From assembly GCA_951406725.2 (NCBI GenBank), contig OX597815.1, forward strand, positions 70,370,001-70,434,000: DNA of 64,000 bases. The letters are read 5' to 3'. A program made the translations under genes and the position numbers. This stretch comes from Octopus vulgaris. Taxonomy: Eukaryota. Positions within the stretch are counted from its first letter, which is position 1. Every line of letters starts with the position of its first letter. Below the pieces are notes generated by a model. The model saw only the letters and a list, made by a program, of their open reading frames with translations, made no database searches and had not been told where the DNA came from. Below, one piece after another: positions 42,351-55,298 of the stretch.

Positions 42351-43521
42351 TCTTCCAAAGATAGAAATGGGTTTTCTGAAGGGTTCACTAAAGCCATTGA
42401 GACTGATGTTAGAAAGGAAGGGTTGTGTTGATACCAAAAGCCACCACCCCACTCGCCGCCTTTCCGCGAGCTGAAAATTTAGACAAATCTATTCCACTGC
42501 ATAATCCCTAATCCCACTACTCTCCTGTCCTGGACGAGATAACTTCTTACATCCATTTGCTCTTCTCTTCACGAGGATGTTTAATATAATGTTTAAACAT
42601 TGGCGTAAAGAGAAAACATCTGTGCCGAACTAATGAGAAATCAACTGAAACTCGATTCACCCTATAGTCTTAGATTTAAATACATAGTTAGAATGCTACC
42701 CGTCGCTTGATGGATAATTTTAGAAATATATTTTTTGCCACCATAGGTAATATGAAGAAATATACCCATACATATAATAATTATAACTAGTGGGACCCGT
42801 AAACATTTCATGGAGTTAATGGTAGACCTATTGGGTCATTTCTGAAAAATCTATCTAAAAAACCTGAAAGTGTTGCCAATGTTATGTTTGTATGGAAAGA
42901 TAGTCGCTCATCTGCTACTCATTGAAAAGTAAAAGAAATTGGAATACGATGATTACTTAATGCACTTTATATAAACACTTTATATACTTTTGCATATTTT
43001 TATAGACTTAATGCACAGCACTCATAAAATAAATATTCACTCTTATTTTTCCATTTTCTCCATAAACAAAATTAAAAAAATATCCCGTACATATGATACA
43101 ACCATTAGTTAAACTGCATATATCTGCCACGTTCATAAGCATGAATACTTCACGGAATTGCACTTATATGCATGCGTTAAGTGATAGATGATATAAAAAC
43201 CACTTTTCATTATCTAATCACCACCTCCATCTCCACGAGGTAGTAAGTTCGATTTCCAGACCGAGCTTGTGCTGTGTTCTTGAGCAAGACACTTATTTCA
43301 CGTTGCTCCAGTTCACTCATCTGCAGAAATGAGTTGCGACGTCAGTGGTGCCAGGCTGTATCAGCCTTTGCATTTCCCTTGGATAACATCGGTGGCGTGC
43401 AGAACAGAGACCGGTATGTATGGGTGACAAACAACCTAGCCCAGACTTGTGCCTCGGAGGGGAACTTTCTTGGTGCAATCCCATGATCATTCATGACCGA
43501 AGGGGTCTTTATTTTACCTTA

Positions 43522-43559
<38 letters not shown>

Positions 43560-43845
43560 TGATCACGTGACCGCCCAGTCCATCAGATGTAGTTACACAT
43601 CGCTGGTCACAATGCGTTCGCATTGTTTTAGCCTTCGAATGGCGCCACCCCGCTGGCTAAGCGAGCAGGCCAACAGAAGAAAGAGCGGTGAAAGAGTACA
43701 GCAGGGATCACCACCCCCTGCCGGAGCTTCGTGGAGCTTTTAGGTGTTTTCGCTCAATAAACACTCACAACGCCCGGTCTGGGAATCGAAACCACGATCC
43801 TACGACTGCGAGTCCGCTGCCCTAACCACTGGGCCATTGCGCCTC
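43560..43845 (-). mobile_element. tRNA-derived SINE family C
   Basis: Minus strand GGCCCAGTGGTTAGGG..GGTTTCGATTCCCAGACCGGG head. Related copy at about 25100-25380 and partial copies at about 29220-29320 and 39420-39485. Confidence 0.7.
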
Positions 43846-43906
43846 ACACACACACACATACACACACACACACACACACATACACACACACACATATATA
43901 TATATA

Positions 43907-44364
43907 CTAGCAGTATCGCCCGGCGTTGCTCGGGTTTGTAAGGGAAATAATTATATAAGCATTTTTAGAGATGTAAAGTATAATAGCCATCTCAATATGG
44001 CTAACCACAAAGGGGGAGGGGTGTTACTGTAGCTTTTTACGTTCTGAGATTTAATAATAAATTTTAGAGAGTTACTTCCCTTATATATGTCAAAAATGGA
44101 TTAAAAATGGGAAAAATTGATGGTAAATGTTTTTTAAAATCGTAGACTCATCGTAGACGCGCGCTAATACCCAGACGGTCTCGATATGAATCACGACTAT
44201 AAGATACCCGGTTTTGGTTAAACTGCACCGCAAAATGTGGGAGTAGTTAGGAATCTAAATCGTAGGAGACAGACACACAACCTCACTTTTATATATAAAG
44301 ATTTCCTCTATTTACATAATATTGAGGTCTCTTTCTTTCTTTTGTTATCTTACTGTTTTTACCA

Positions 44365-44395
<31 letters not shown>

Positions 44396-44748
44396 AATAT
44401 ATATATAGTTACAGAGATGTACTTGCATAGCAAGTGACTTGATCTGAGATCGTGTGCTGGAACGAAAACAGTTGCAGCGTTGAAGGTGTTTATAAGCCAT
44501 TTAAGAAACACACAAAAACCGTTAGATTCACTTCAACATTTAAATTTAATTTGTCAAAATATTTTCATCGCTTTGAGACCGCGACCTGTTAGCACGATAT
44601 TTTTGTCAGTGAACAGGTCGCAGTCTGAAAGCGACGAAAATATTTTGGCAAATTAAATTTAAATGTTGAAGTGAATGTAACGGTTTTTGTGTGTTTCTTA
44701 AATGGCTTACAAACACCTTCCACGCTGCAATATATATATACACATATA

Positions 44749-44779
<31 letters not shown>

Positions 44780-45881
44780 GTGTATATGTATATGCATGTA
44801 TGTGTGTGTGTGTGCGTGTCTGTGCTTGTGATTGTCCTCCACCACTGCTTGACAACGAATGTTGGTTTGTTTACATCCCTGTCACCTAGTGGTTTGACAA
44901 AGGAAACAGATAGAATAAGTACAATGCTTACAAAAATAAAAGTGGAGTTGATTCATTAAACTACAATTCTTCAAGGCATTGCCCCAGCATGGCCACAGAC
45001 CAATGGCTGGAAAAAGCAGAAGAATAAAAGAATACATTCTCTGCTTTGGTCTTATGTTCAAGGCATGAGAAAGCTTGAGTTTACATGAGAAGGCCTAACA
45101 GACCTGGTAGAAACAGCAGCCAAATCTCCCTCAAATCACACCTCACTGTCTTATGTATGTATATATATATATGAGCCAATGAGGGGGACCTCTACATGGT
45201 AGCTAGACCTGGTAGAAATAGCAGCCAAATTTCCCCCAAATCACACCTTACTGTCTTATCTATGTATATATGTATGTATGAGCCTATGAGGGAGACCCCT
45301 ACATGGCAGCTAGACATGGTAGAAATAGCAGCCAAATCTCCCTCAAATCACACCTTACTGTCTTATCTTTCTGCTACTTGGATATAGGTGTTATATTCGT
45401 CGTAAAAAACTTTCCTGTCACACACTCACGCACACGCACACGCACACACACACACACGCACCCTCACACACACACACACGCGCACACCCACACACACCCA
45501 CTCACACACACGCACGTTAGCTTACAATTTTATTTATATATTTGCGTGTCAATGTGTGGAAAGAGGAAGTGGGAGGCAGAGTGAAAGAATCACTCACTCC
45601 AGTAAGTCAATTACTTTCATTTTATTCGTTGCCCACTGTGTGTGTGCGTTTGCGTGTGGTGTAAACCAGACTAAGAAAAGCATTTGACACACACACCAGA
45701 ATGTGAGTTTTCTGTAAATTTTGCTTAATTGGAGTTTAAATTTTAAAAACTGGACCTGGCATGACGCGATGCATTGTACTCTTAAAAATGATAGGTAAAT
45801 TGTAATTGAAGAAATCCTATATTGTAGATTTCTATAACTCCCAAACGGAGGCAGATAAAATCTGCCTTTTATAATAAGAGA
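43907..45881 (-). mobile_element. Composite non-autonomous Helitron, copy 1 (contains a simple Helitron 43907-44301)
   Basis: Minus strand A|TCTCTTATTATAAAA...CCCGAGCAACGCCGGG hairpin-CTAG|T. A second internal 5' end TCTTTATATATAAAA sits at 44301. Confidence 0.8.
44472..44730. repeat. About 260-bp imperfect palindrome carried inside the composite Helitron (second copy about 48442-48700)
   Basis: TTGCAGCG..GCGACCTGTT / AACAGGTCGC..CGCTGCAA arms. Confidence 0.8.
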
Positions 45882-45897
45882 TATATATATATATATA

Positions 45898-46534
45898 CTA
45901 GCAGTATCGCCCGGCGTTGCTCGTATTTGTAAGGGAAATAACTATATAAGCATTTTTAGAGAGTTATAGCCAAAAAATAGCAAAAAATGCATTAAAAATG
46001 GAAAAAATATGATGGTAAATTTTTTTTTAAATCGTTGACTCATCGTAGACATTTTTAGAGAGTTACTTCCCTTATATAATAGCGAAAAAATGCATTAAAA
46101 TGGAAAAAAAACGATGGTAAATTTTTTTTTAAATCGTAGACTCATGTAGACGCTTTCTTAGCCATTTCTGTTTTGGTGTCTTCAAGCCATGAAGTCGTTG
46201 TTCTAAAAGAACGCTGGTCTCCTTGACAACGCATTACGACGTTGATTTCCTTACACTCCCTTCCCCACAGGTGCAGATGTGAGCGTGGACGCCAACTCCG
46301 CCGCCATCGACACACGAAAAATTATGCATTAAAATGGAATAAAAAATGATGTTAAATTATTTTTAAAATCGTAGACTCATCGTAGACGCGCGCTAATACT
46401 CAGACGGGCTCGATATGAATCACGACTATAAGCTACCCGAATTTGGTTAAACTGCACCGCAAAATGTGGGAGTAGTTAGGAATCTAAATCGAAGGGGACA
46501 GACACTCACACAACTACAGTTTTATATATATAGA
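45898..46534 (-). mobile_element. Non-autonomous Helitron (may extend to the 5' end at 47881 as a third composite unit)
   Basis: CTAG and subterminal hairpin at 45898. 5' TCTATATATATAAAA at 46534. 47632-47881 repeats the composite 5' end. Confidence 0.7.
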
Positions 46535-46554
46535 TATACATAGCGCAGTAGTGG

Positions 46555-46870
46555 TGAGATGTGACAGCAAAGAAAAGCATACATTCACTCTCTGCATGCA
46601 ATTAGACTCGGAAAGTTCGTGAGGAACCCATTGACCCAATTTGCTGACTTTTCCGAAAGCACACAGGTCTCAATGAATGGTTGAATGACCAAATCCAAGC
46701 TTCTCTGCTAATTCCTCAACAGTTACGATGAGATTTTGTTCCACCAGGGTTTTCAGGATGTCCTTGTCGAGTTCTACAGATCTTTCAGGATGAGGCTCGT
46801 CTTCTAGGCTGTTCCAATATAGCTTTGAAAAAAATAGCTGTTAAAATCGAAATGCACTCTTCAAAACTTG
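46555..46870 (-). pseudogene. Mariner (Mos1-like) transposase fragment
   Basis: Minus-strand peptide LEDE...TVEELAEKLGFGHSTI...GKVSKLGQWVPHELSE (WVPHEL motif). Confidence 0.75.
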
Positions 46871-47015
46871 CACTATGAATAAGGACAAGATAAAATTACT
46901 ACCTGCTTTTATAGCAAGTTAATATAAGTAGTTTATCCCATTCCCCTCTGACTTTTAGTTCAAGCTGTTGAAAAAACCGCATTATTATATATATATACAT
47001 ACATACATACATACA

Positions 47016-47047
<32 letters not shown>

Positions 47048-47881
47048 CACACACACTCTCTCTCTCACACACATGCACACATTTATATTCTGTTATTCTT
47101 TTATATGTTTCAGCCTTGAGGTTGTGGCCATGCTGGATCATGTGTGTGTGTGTGTGTGTATCTGTCTGTCTGTCTGTATGTATATATGTATATGTATGTG
47201 TGTGAACAATAATATTTTCAACAGATGTGTTGCAAATGTATCTGATTGTTCTCAAGCTTCAATACTGTGTGTATGTGTATGTGTGTGTGTGTGTGTGTAT
47301 GTATGTATATAGATGTATGTATATGTATGTATGTATGTATGTGTGTATGTATGTGTGTGTGTGTGTATGTATGTATGTGTGTGTGTATGTGTGTATGTAT
47401 GTATGTATGTATGTATGTATGTATGTATGTATGAGTGTATGTTTACTTTATTACTAACACAAGCCACTACGGTTATTTAATGTACCTCAAATCACTATCT
47501 CTGGCTATTTACTCTCTTCCAAGAACATTTTCACTCACTCTTATGTGTTAGCTTCCCATACATTTTACTCATGTATCTATCAGCGTGATAGAGAGAAACA
47601 AATATTACATCTAGTTTCACTTTATTGGTTGCACACTGTGTGTGTGCGTTTGCGTGTGGTGTAAACCAGACTAAGAAAAGCATTTGACACACACACCAGA
47701 ATGTGAGTTTTCTGTAAATTTTGCTTAATTGGAGTTTAAATTTTAAAAACTGGACCTGGCATGACGCGATGCATTGTACTCTTAAAAATGCTAGGTAAAT
47801 TGTAATTGAAGAAATCCTATATTGTAGATTTGTATAACTCCCAAAGGGAGGCAGATAAAATCTGCCTTTTATAATAAGAGA

Positions 47882-50039
47882 CTAGCAGTATCGCCCGGCG
47901 TTGCTCGGGTTTGTAAGGGAAATAATTATATAAGCATTTTTAGAGATGTAAAGTATAATAGCCATCTCAATATGGCTAACCACAAAGGGGGAGGGGTGTT
48001 ACTGTAGCTTTTTACGTTCTGAGATTTAATAATAAATTTTAGAGAGTTACTTCCCTTATATATGTCAAAAATGGATTAAAAATGGGAAAAATTGATGGTA
48101 AATTTTTTTTAAAATCGTAGACTCATCGTAGACGCGCGCTAATACCCAGACGGTCTCGATATGAATCACGACTATAAGATACCCGGTTTTGGTAAAACTG
48201 CACCGCAAAATGTGGGAGTAGTTAGGAATCTAAATCGTAGGAGACAGACACACAACCTCACTTTTATATATAAAGATTTCCTCTATTTACATAATATTGA
48301 GGTCTCTTTCTTTCTTTTGTTATCTTACTGTTTTTACCAATATACATATATATATATATATATATAAATATATATATAGTTACAGAGATGTACTTGCATA
48401 GCAAGTGACTTGATCTGAGATCGTGTGCTGGAACGAAAACAGTTGCAGCGTTGAAGGTGTTTATAAGCCATTTAAGAAACACACAAAAACCGTTAGATTC
48501 ACTTCAACATTTAAATTTAATTTGTCAAAATATTTTCGTCGCTTTGAGACCGCGACCTGTTAGCACGATATTTTTGTCAGTGAACAGGTCGCGGTCTGAA
48601 AGCGACGAAAATATTTTGGCAAATTAAATTTAAATGTTGAAGTGAATGTAACGGTTTTTGTGTGTTTCTTAAATGGCTTACAAACACCTTCCACGCTGCA
48701 ATATATATATACACACATATATATATATATATGTATGTATGTATGTGTGTATATGTGTATGCATGTATGTGTGTGTGTGTGCGTGTCTGTGCTTGTGATT
48801 GTCCTCCACCACTGCTTGACAACGAATGTTGGTTTGTTTACATCCCTGTCACCTAGTGGTTTGACAAAGGAAACAGATAGAATAAGTACAATGCTTACAA
48901 AAATAAAACTGGAGTTGATTCATTAAACTACAATTCTTCAAGGCATTGCCCCAGCATGGCCACAGACCAATGGCTGGAAAAAGCAGAAGAATAAAAGAAT
49001 ACATTCTCTGCTTTGGTCATATGTTGAAGGCATGAGAAAGCTTGAGTTTACATGAGAAGGCCTAACAGACCTGGTAGAAACAGCAGCCAAATCTCCCTCA
49101 AATCACACCTTACTGTCTTATGTATGTATATATATATGAGCCAATGAGGGGGACCTCTACATGGTAGCTAGACCTGGTAGAAATAGCAGCCAAATTTCCC
49201 CCAAATCACACCTTACTGTCTTATCTATGTATATATGTATGTATGAGCCTATGAGGGAGACCCCTACATGGCAGCTAGACCTGGTAGAAATAGCAGCCAA
49301 ATTTCCCCCAAATCACACCTTACTGTCTTATCTATGTATATATGTATGTATGAGCCTATGAGGGAGACCCCTACATGGCAGCTAGACCTGGTAGAAATAG
49401 CAGCCAAATTTCCCCCAAATCACACCTTACTGTCTTATCTATGTATATATGTATGTATGAGCCTATGAGGGAGACCCCTACATGGCAGCTAGACATGGTA
49501 GAAATAGCAGCCAAATCTCCCTCAAATCACACCTTACTGTCTTATCTTTGTGCTACTTATATTCATCGTAAAAAACTTTCCTGTCACACACTCACGCACA
49601 CGCACACACACACACACACGCGCACCCTCACACACACACACGCGCGCACACACACACCCACTCACACACACGCACGTTAGCTTACAATTTTATTTATATA
49701 TTTGCGTGTCTGTGTTGAAAGAGGAAGTGGGAGGCAGAGTGAAAGAATCACTCACTACAGTAAGTAAATTACTTTCATTTTATTCGCTGCCCACTGTGTG
49801 TGTGCGTTTGCGTGTGGTGTAAACCAGACTAAGAAAAGCATTTGACACACACACCAGAATGTGAGTTTTCTGTAAATTTTGCTTAATTGGAGTTTAAATT
49901 TTAAAAACTGGAGCTGGCATGACGCGATGCATTGTACTCTTAAAAATGCAAGGTAAATTGTAATTGAAGAAATCCTATATTGTAGATTTGTATAACTCCC
50001 AAAGGGAGGCAGATAAAATCTGCCTTTTATAATAAGAGA
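47882..50039 (-). mobile_element. Composite non-autonomous Helitron, copy 2 (near-identical to 43907-45881)
   Basis: Same termini and cargo as copy 1, with two extra 107-bp units. Confidence 0.8.
49068..49547 (+). repeat. 107-bp minisatellite (about 4.5 units; about 2.5 units at 45101-45368)
   Basis: Identical peptides start at 49161, 49268 and 49375, 107 bp apart. Confidence 0.9.
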
Positions 50040-50082
50040 TATATACATACATCATACATACATACATACATACATACATACA

Positions 50083-50460
50083 CTAGATGAGATACCCGGC
50101 GTTACTCGGGATTAAAATGACATAGTTTGTTAATATATATATTATGCCTTCGTTTGGAAGATCTCAGGCCCTAACCTGTCATGGAAAATTGGGGGTGCGG
50201 GTATGTGATTTTTGAGCGTACCGAAAAACTGTCAGTGGATATACTCTCCTTTGCGGCGGTCAGTGCTGCGTCTAACACGACCCATCGTCTGAAGTTTTGA
50301 CACCTCCTTCGGCTCTGTTGTCCTACATCACTTATAAAGTAAATTTGGAGGAACTTTGGTTGTTCATTTATGGGTAAAAGGGAACCAATGAGGTGATAGA
50401 CTTGCCCTTGAACTTTGAACGTCGGCATAAATCCATGTTCAACTATCTCTTTAGATGCAC
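50083..50460 (-). mobile_element. Helitron 3' end with a RepHel coding fragment
   Basis: CTAG plus CCCGAGTAACGCCGGG hairpin. Peptide MPTFKVQGQVYHLIGSLLP..PKFLQIYF is typical of the Helitron RepHel N-terminal region. Confidence 0.75.
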
Positions 50461-50462
50461 CA

Positions 50463-50503
50463 AAAGAGTTCTTTCGTCACACGTCTGTGACCTCATCAGT
50501 GGT
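50463..50503 (-). ncRNA. Minimal hammerhead motif, with a decayed inverted twin at 50747-50783 (+)
   Basis: Minus strand CCA-CUGAUGA-G-GUCAC agacgu GUGAC-GAAA-GAAC-UC|. The twin supplies the UGG that would pair with CCA. Confidence 0.65.
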
Positions 50504-50959
50504 CCTTTGCCTTCTTCTTTCTTATTTGTGTGTCTCTCCTTACTAACGGTCAGCCATTTTGTATTTTGTATTCCTATTGTATGTGTCTTCATTTGCGCAT
50601 GCGTATACCTCTATGTGTGTCTATGTTTAGTTAGTGTATGTGGGTGGGGTGGGGGGAAGTGCCTGTAATATTTGTATCTCCTGTCTATACACGTTCGTGT
50701 AATTTGTTTATTTTTATTTTGTTCAAGTGTTTACACCTACTTATTACTATGATGTCACAGAAGTGTGACGAAAGAACTCTGGCCGAAATAAGATTAAGGT
50801 TAATGTAAAAAATAAATAACGCTGAAGCAAATTAACACCAAATATATAGTGCGTGTGTTTTTATTGGCTAAACTGGCAAAATGACCATTCCAAAATACAA
50901 CAACATCTGTTTCAACACACGATTTCACATCAAGAATCTTGCAAAACAAATATATAAAC

Positions 50960-51061
<102 letters not shown>

Positions 51062-51064
51062 TTT

Positions 51065-51805
51065 TTCTTACCTGTCTGTGTTTGCCTTTCAAGTGCTGTG
51101 TTTTTACTGAGATCCCCCTTTTAGTAGAAGGAATAGCTATATCTCTTTGACTGCTATTTCTAAATTCGGTGTGTTGGTGAGGCAATTCGTTGCTAAACCC
51201 TTAATTACTTAGTATTACTTAAATTTTCCTCGAATGGGGCTTTTACATGCCGAAATCTACTTGGTGTAATTGATAATTATTCCAAATTAATTAATTTCAC
51301 CCTTTATTATTACTGATAACCATATTTTATCCCAGTAAATGACCGCAGCATTTTGTCTTGGCTAAACGCGGGTGGAAGGGGGCTGGTGACACAAACTTTC
51401 ATTCAAACTTTGAATTTCGTGGTACTGGTCATGCTTTGGCTCGCTCTGACACTGAGTTGAGATAGTGCCTTCTAGTATCTCAAAATTTAATATACAATTA
51501 TTCATAATTGTAGTATCCTGCGCCGATGAGAAAAGAAGTTTGGGTAAAGTAGAATTTTCTAATTCTTATGCTCTCCTAAAACTTGATTTCGAAACGTACG
51601 TCCGTAGGTAACTTAAAATTGTATGATGGATTGCCGTCATTTCATTCTTTCTTTCTTACCTGTCTGTGTTTGCCTTTCAAGTGCTGTGTTTTTACTGAGA
51701 TCCCCCTTTTAGTAGAAGGAATAGCTATATCTCTTTGACTGCTATTTCTAAATTCGGTGTGTTGGTGAGGCAATTCGTTGCTAAACCCTTAATTACTTAG
51801 TATTA

Positions 51806-51809
<4 letters not shown>
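51065..51809 (+). mobile_element. Non-autonomous PLE-derived / retrozyme-like unit: 588-nt period plus 157-nt partial repeat, between (TA)n tracts
   Basis: Direct repeat 51065-51221 = 51653-51809. Hammerhead at 51517-51608. No sizeable ORF. Confidence 0.65.
51517..51608 (+). ncRNA. Type I hammerhead ribozyme (U4C variant) in a retrozyme-like unit
   Basis: CCUGCG-CCGAUGA-GAAA...UUUC-GAAA-CGUACG-UC|CGUAGG. 6-bp stem I and palindromic stem III. Confidence 0.75.
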
Positions 51810-51847
<38 letters not shown>

Positions 51848-51934
51848 TATGCTTACACACAAATATATATATTATGTATGTGTGTATATACACACACACA
51901 CATGTATATATATATGATTTAATATATACAGTTT

Positions 51935-54368
51935 ATAAAAGAGCTACTCGTAATTTTATGTTATAGAGATACAATAATTTGGCAGATTTATATAACATTC
52001 CTTTATCTCCAAGGAGTCTTTCAGTCTTAGTGCATCTCGTTAGATGTATTCAAAAACCAGGACTCTGATCTGTGAAAAAACATGAGAAAACGAAGATGCT
52101 GGGCTGTGAAAAAAGAGCGAAGACACTATTATTAAACTAAAACATCACAAACCTAATTTCAGTTGTAAACCCACTCGTAAACTTTTAAAATCATCGAGAA
52201 GTGAACAAGAAAATTGCAGCAAAGCTGCATGATAGTGGTGTCAGACGTGTCATGCAGACCATTTTATTCTTCTCTTACGTTTTATTTTGACATGTGCATT
52301 GCGTTTTTATTTTCCTCTTCCGTTTTACGAATTCAGTGTGCACATATATATTGCATGTTCATACTTCTCTTTCCTGTTCCAACTCAAAACTGTTTACAGA
52401 TCACAACCATCTTACGAACCTGTGTTCGTGAGGAGCACTTCGTGCTCCGATGGTTGTGAAATTAGGTTTGGTAGCTAAAAATTACTAAGAGATATTAATA
52501 TCAGTTCTGGAGAGACTATTAAACTACGACAATGGGCAAATAGTTACACTGTCATAGATTGGTTTAGGAATTTAAGGGATAAAATTAGAGCTAGATTTAC
52601 ACAGTTTGATATTGTAGCCTTTTATCCCTCGGTATTGTTGCTGGACAAGGCGACTGAGTTCACAAAAAGATATGTCAATATTGACCATATAGACGTGGAA
52701 TTAATCATGCATGTGTGAAAAACCTTTGTATTCAGATAAGGTTCCGCATGAATACGGATGAATTGTTTGATGTATCGATGGTTATAACAGTGCAGATATC
52801 TGTGATCTTGTAGGTCTCTATTTATTAGATTCTCTGAGATCTAAGTTCCTAACCCACGACATTGACTTATACCCGACGATAGCTTGGCCATATCTCACGA
52901 CTGTGATGGACACACACTCGATAAATTTAGGAAAAAACTCATATGTTCCTTTAGTCAGTTAGGCCTCAAAATTACTGCATCTACTAATTTGTCTTAAGCT
53001 GATTTTCTAGATGCTTATCTATACTTGAACTCAAGTTTTTATAAACCTTATCTTGAGCCGAATGAGAACCTCACGTCTATACATAAACAGTTCAGTCATC
53101 CTCCACCTAAAGTGTTTAAAAACCCGATAGCCAATATCAATAATAAGATATCAATTCTAACCTCTTCAAAGGAAATATGGTTCATCCCATCTTTCTCCTT
53201 AAATGCTAAAACTGATATAGGCAAGAAATTCCTGTTATTATTAAATAAGCATAAGACGGCGAGCTGGCAGAATCGTTAGCACACTGGACGAAATGCTTAT
53301 CAGTATTTCGCCCGTCGCTATGTTCTGAGTTCAAATTCCGCCGAGGTCGACTTTGCCTTTCATCCTTTCGGGGTTGATAAATTAAGTACCAGTAAAACAC
53401 TGGCGTCGACTAATCTCCTCCCCAACAATTTCAGGCCTTGTGCTTAGGGTAGAAAGGATTATTAAATAAGCATTTCTCAGTAAATCACAAATACAGGAAG
53501 ATTTTTACTAGACGCTCGATAAATATTTCGTATAGCTGCTACCCCAATATGAAGGACATTATTACCGCAAGTCACATCAAGAGCCCATTCCCCGTTGTGA
53601 CTGCCGAGACTCCGAAGTTTGCTTTCTTGATCAGGCATGTTTGATAAACGCAGTTCTCTATGAAGCCGCAGTTATAGCAGTGCTCCAAGACAACGTAATT
53701 GAGAAGAAAAATTACGTCGGTTTACATGAAGGCAACTTTAAAAGGCATTAGGGAAAGCACCAGTCTTCCTTCCGACACATTGATTAAAATAAAACCAAGT
53801 TGACTAGCCACGTATGGAATCTGAAGACCAACAGTACACCACATACAATTAAATGGAGAAATCTACGACATATATAAATAGATAAAAGAGATGTAAGTTA
53901 TGCGTGGTTCAAAGATCACACATTCTTTTTATTTCCAAGAATTCCACCACACTACTTAAATCCAGATCCGAAATTTTTCGCATATGTAATCACATGACAA
54001 GTTTCTTTTGTCGAAGCGGAGGAAAACACTCGCTCCGGATTGAGTAGCTATCTCATAGATTTTGACCTCCTCTCTTTTATATTATACTACACCAGCTAGA
54101 TTAATTATGATTTCTACAAATAAAAGCCACGAAGATCTTTCTTTTTCTTACTTTTCTTTTCCTTCTTTTCGTTCCACTTTTTGCATAACGGTCTTCGCGC
54201 TTTTCATTTCGGTTTTCTCATGTTTTCTCATAGACTAGCGTCCTGATTTTTAAATACACCTAATTCTATTCAGTGAGCCAGAAAGATAGCTTGGAGGTAC
54301 ATGATATATTACATAAGTCTGCCAAATTATTGTACCTCTTCAGCATGAAACTATTAGTAGCTCTTTTG
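51935..54368 (+). pseudogene. Decayed PLE (CxCx5Cx5C linker type, probably Hydra clade) with diverged inverted pLTRs, interrupted by a SINE
   Basis: Remnant peptides: FDIVAFYPS, ADICDLVGLYLL, YKPYLEPNE..HKQFSHPP, IWFIPSFSLNAKTDIGKKFL, HKYRKIF..ISYSCYPNM, CDCRDSEVCFLDQAC..VLYEA..YVG. 51935-52100 is an inverted match of 54200-54368. Confidence 0.8.
53253..53457 (+). mobile_element. SINE family A inserted in the decayed PLE ORF
   Basis: TSD ATTATTAAATAAGCAT at 53237-53252 and 53458-53473. Confidence 0.85.
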
Positions 54369-54455
54369 TCATTTGTTTTACATATTAAATGATATTTCTC
54401 TCTCACTAGATAGAGTACTTTTTTCTTCATCCTACCGACAACGGAACATATATAT

Positions 54456-54490
<35 letters not shown>

Positions 54491-54711
54491 GAGAGAAAGA
54501 GAACATTAAGAAAATGGAGGGTATCAATAGGTGGTATTCATCAGCTTTTAGACATCATATAGTGTCAATTCATTTATTTATTTACTAAAAGGACAATTAT
54601 AACAATATATATACATGTATAACATATTATGCTTTACATATATAATACATGAAATATAAAAATATCAGTAATTATTAAAATATATAACATATAGCAATAG
54701 AAATTGGGATG

Positions 54712-54833
54712 TCTTACAGCTGTTTCAGCCAAGAAGCAAAAATACCTCATTCTTCATTTATCTCTTCAGTGGACTGACTTAATTTGTAGATGAAATTGAG
54801 GTACTTGGGTGTTTCCCCAGACTTCATCAGAGA
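54712..54833 (-). ncRNA. Type I hammerhead ribozyme with about 100-nt stem II, in a solo PLE end (about 54500-54900)
   Basis: Minus strand UCU-CUGAUGA-AGUC...GGCU-GAAA-CAGCUG-UA|AGA. Confidence 0.7.
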
Positions 54834-54986
54834 TTTTAGAAAGTAGATAAGGTTAAGTTATAAATATAAATACATACTTTTACATATACATACGTATGCA
54901 TACATATACATAAATATACATAAACACATATACCTACACTTAAATGTACATGCATATTTACATTATATGCATACAAATGAATCAAC

Positions 54987-55072
<86 letters not shown>

Positions 55073-55236
55073 GATGCCTTATATTATTCATATTAGATAA
55101 AATATAAACAGAGCTATGAGAAAGTTATAAGAGAAGTAATATTGTAATATATAAAATAAATATATCTTAAAGTTATTTTAGTTATGTAAGAATGAAACTG
55201 TATATACACGAAACTGTATACACACACACACACATA

Positions 55237-55298
<62 letters not shown>

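Noticed and set aside
43770-43845. tRNA gene
   Set aside because: The tRNA-like head continues into a repeated SINE body, so it is a SINE; the same holds for the other A/B-box elements.
49068-49547. CRISPR-like array
   Set aside because: The units are identical with no unique spacers, and the context is eukaryotic.
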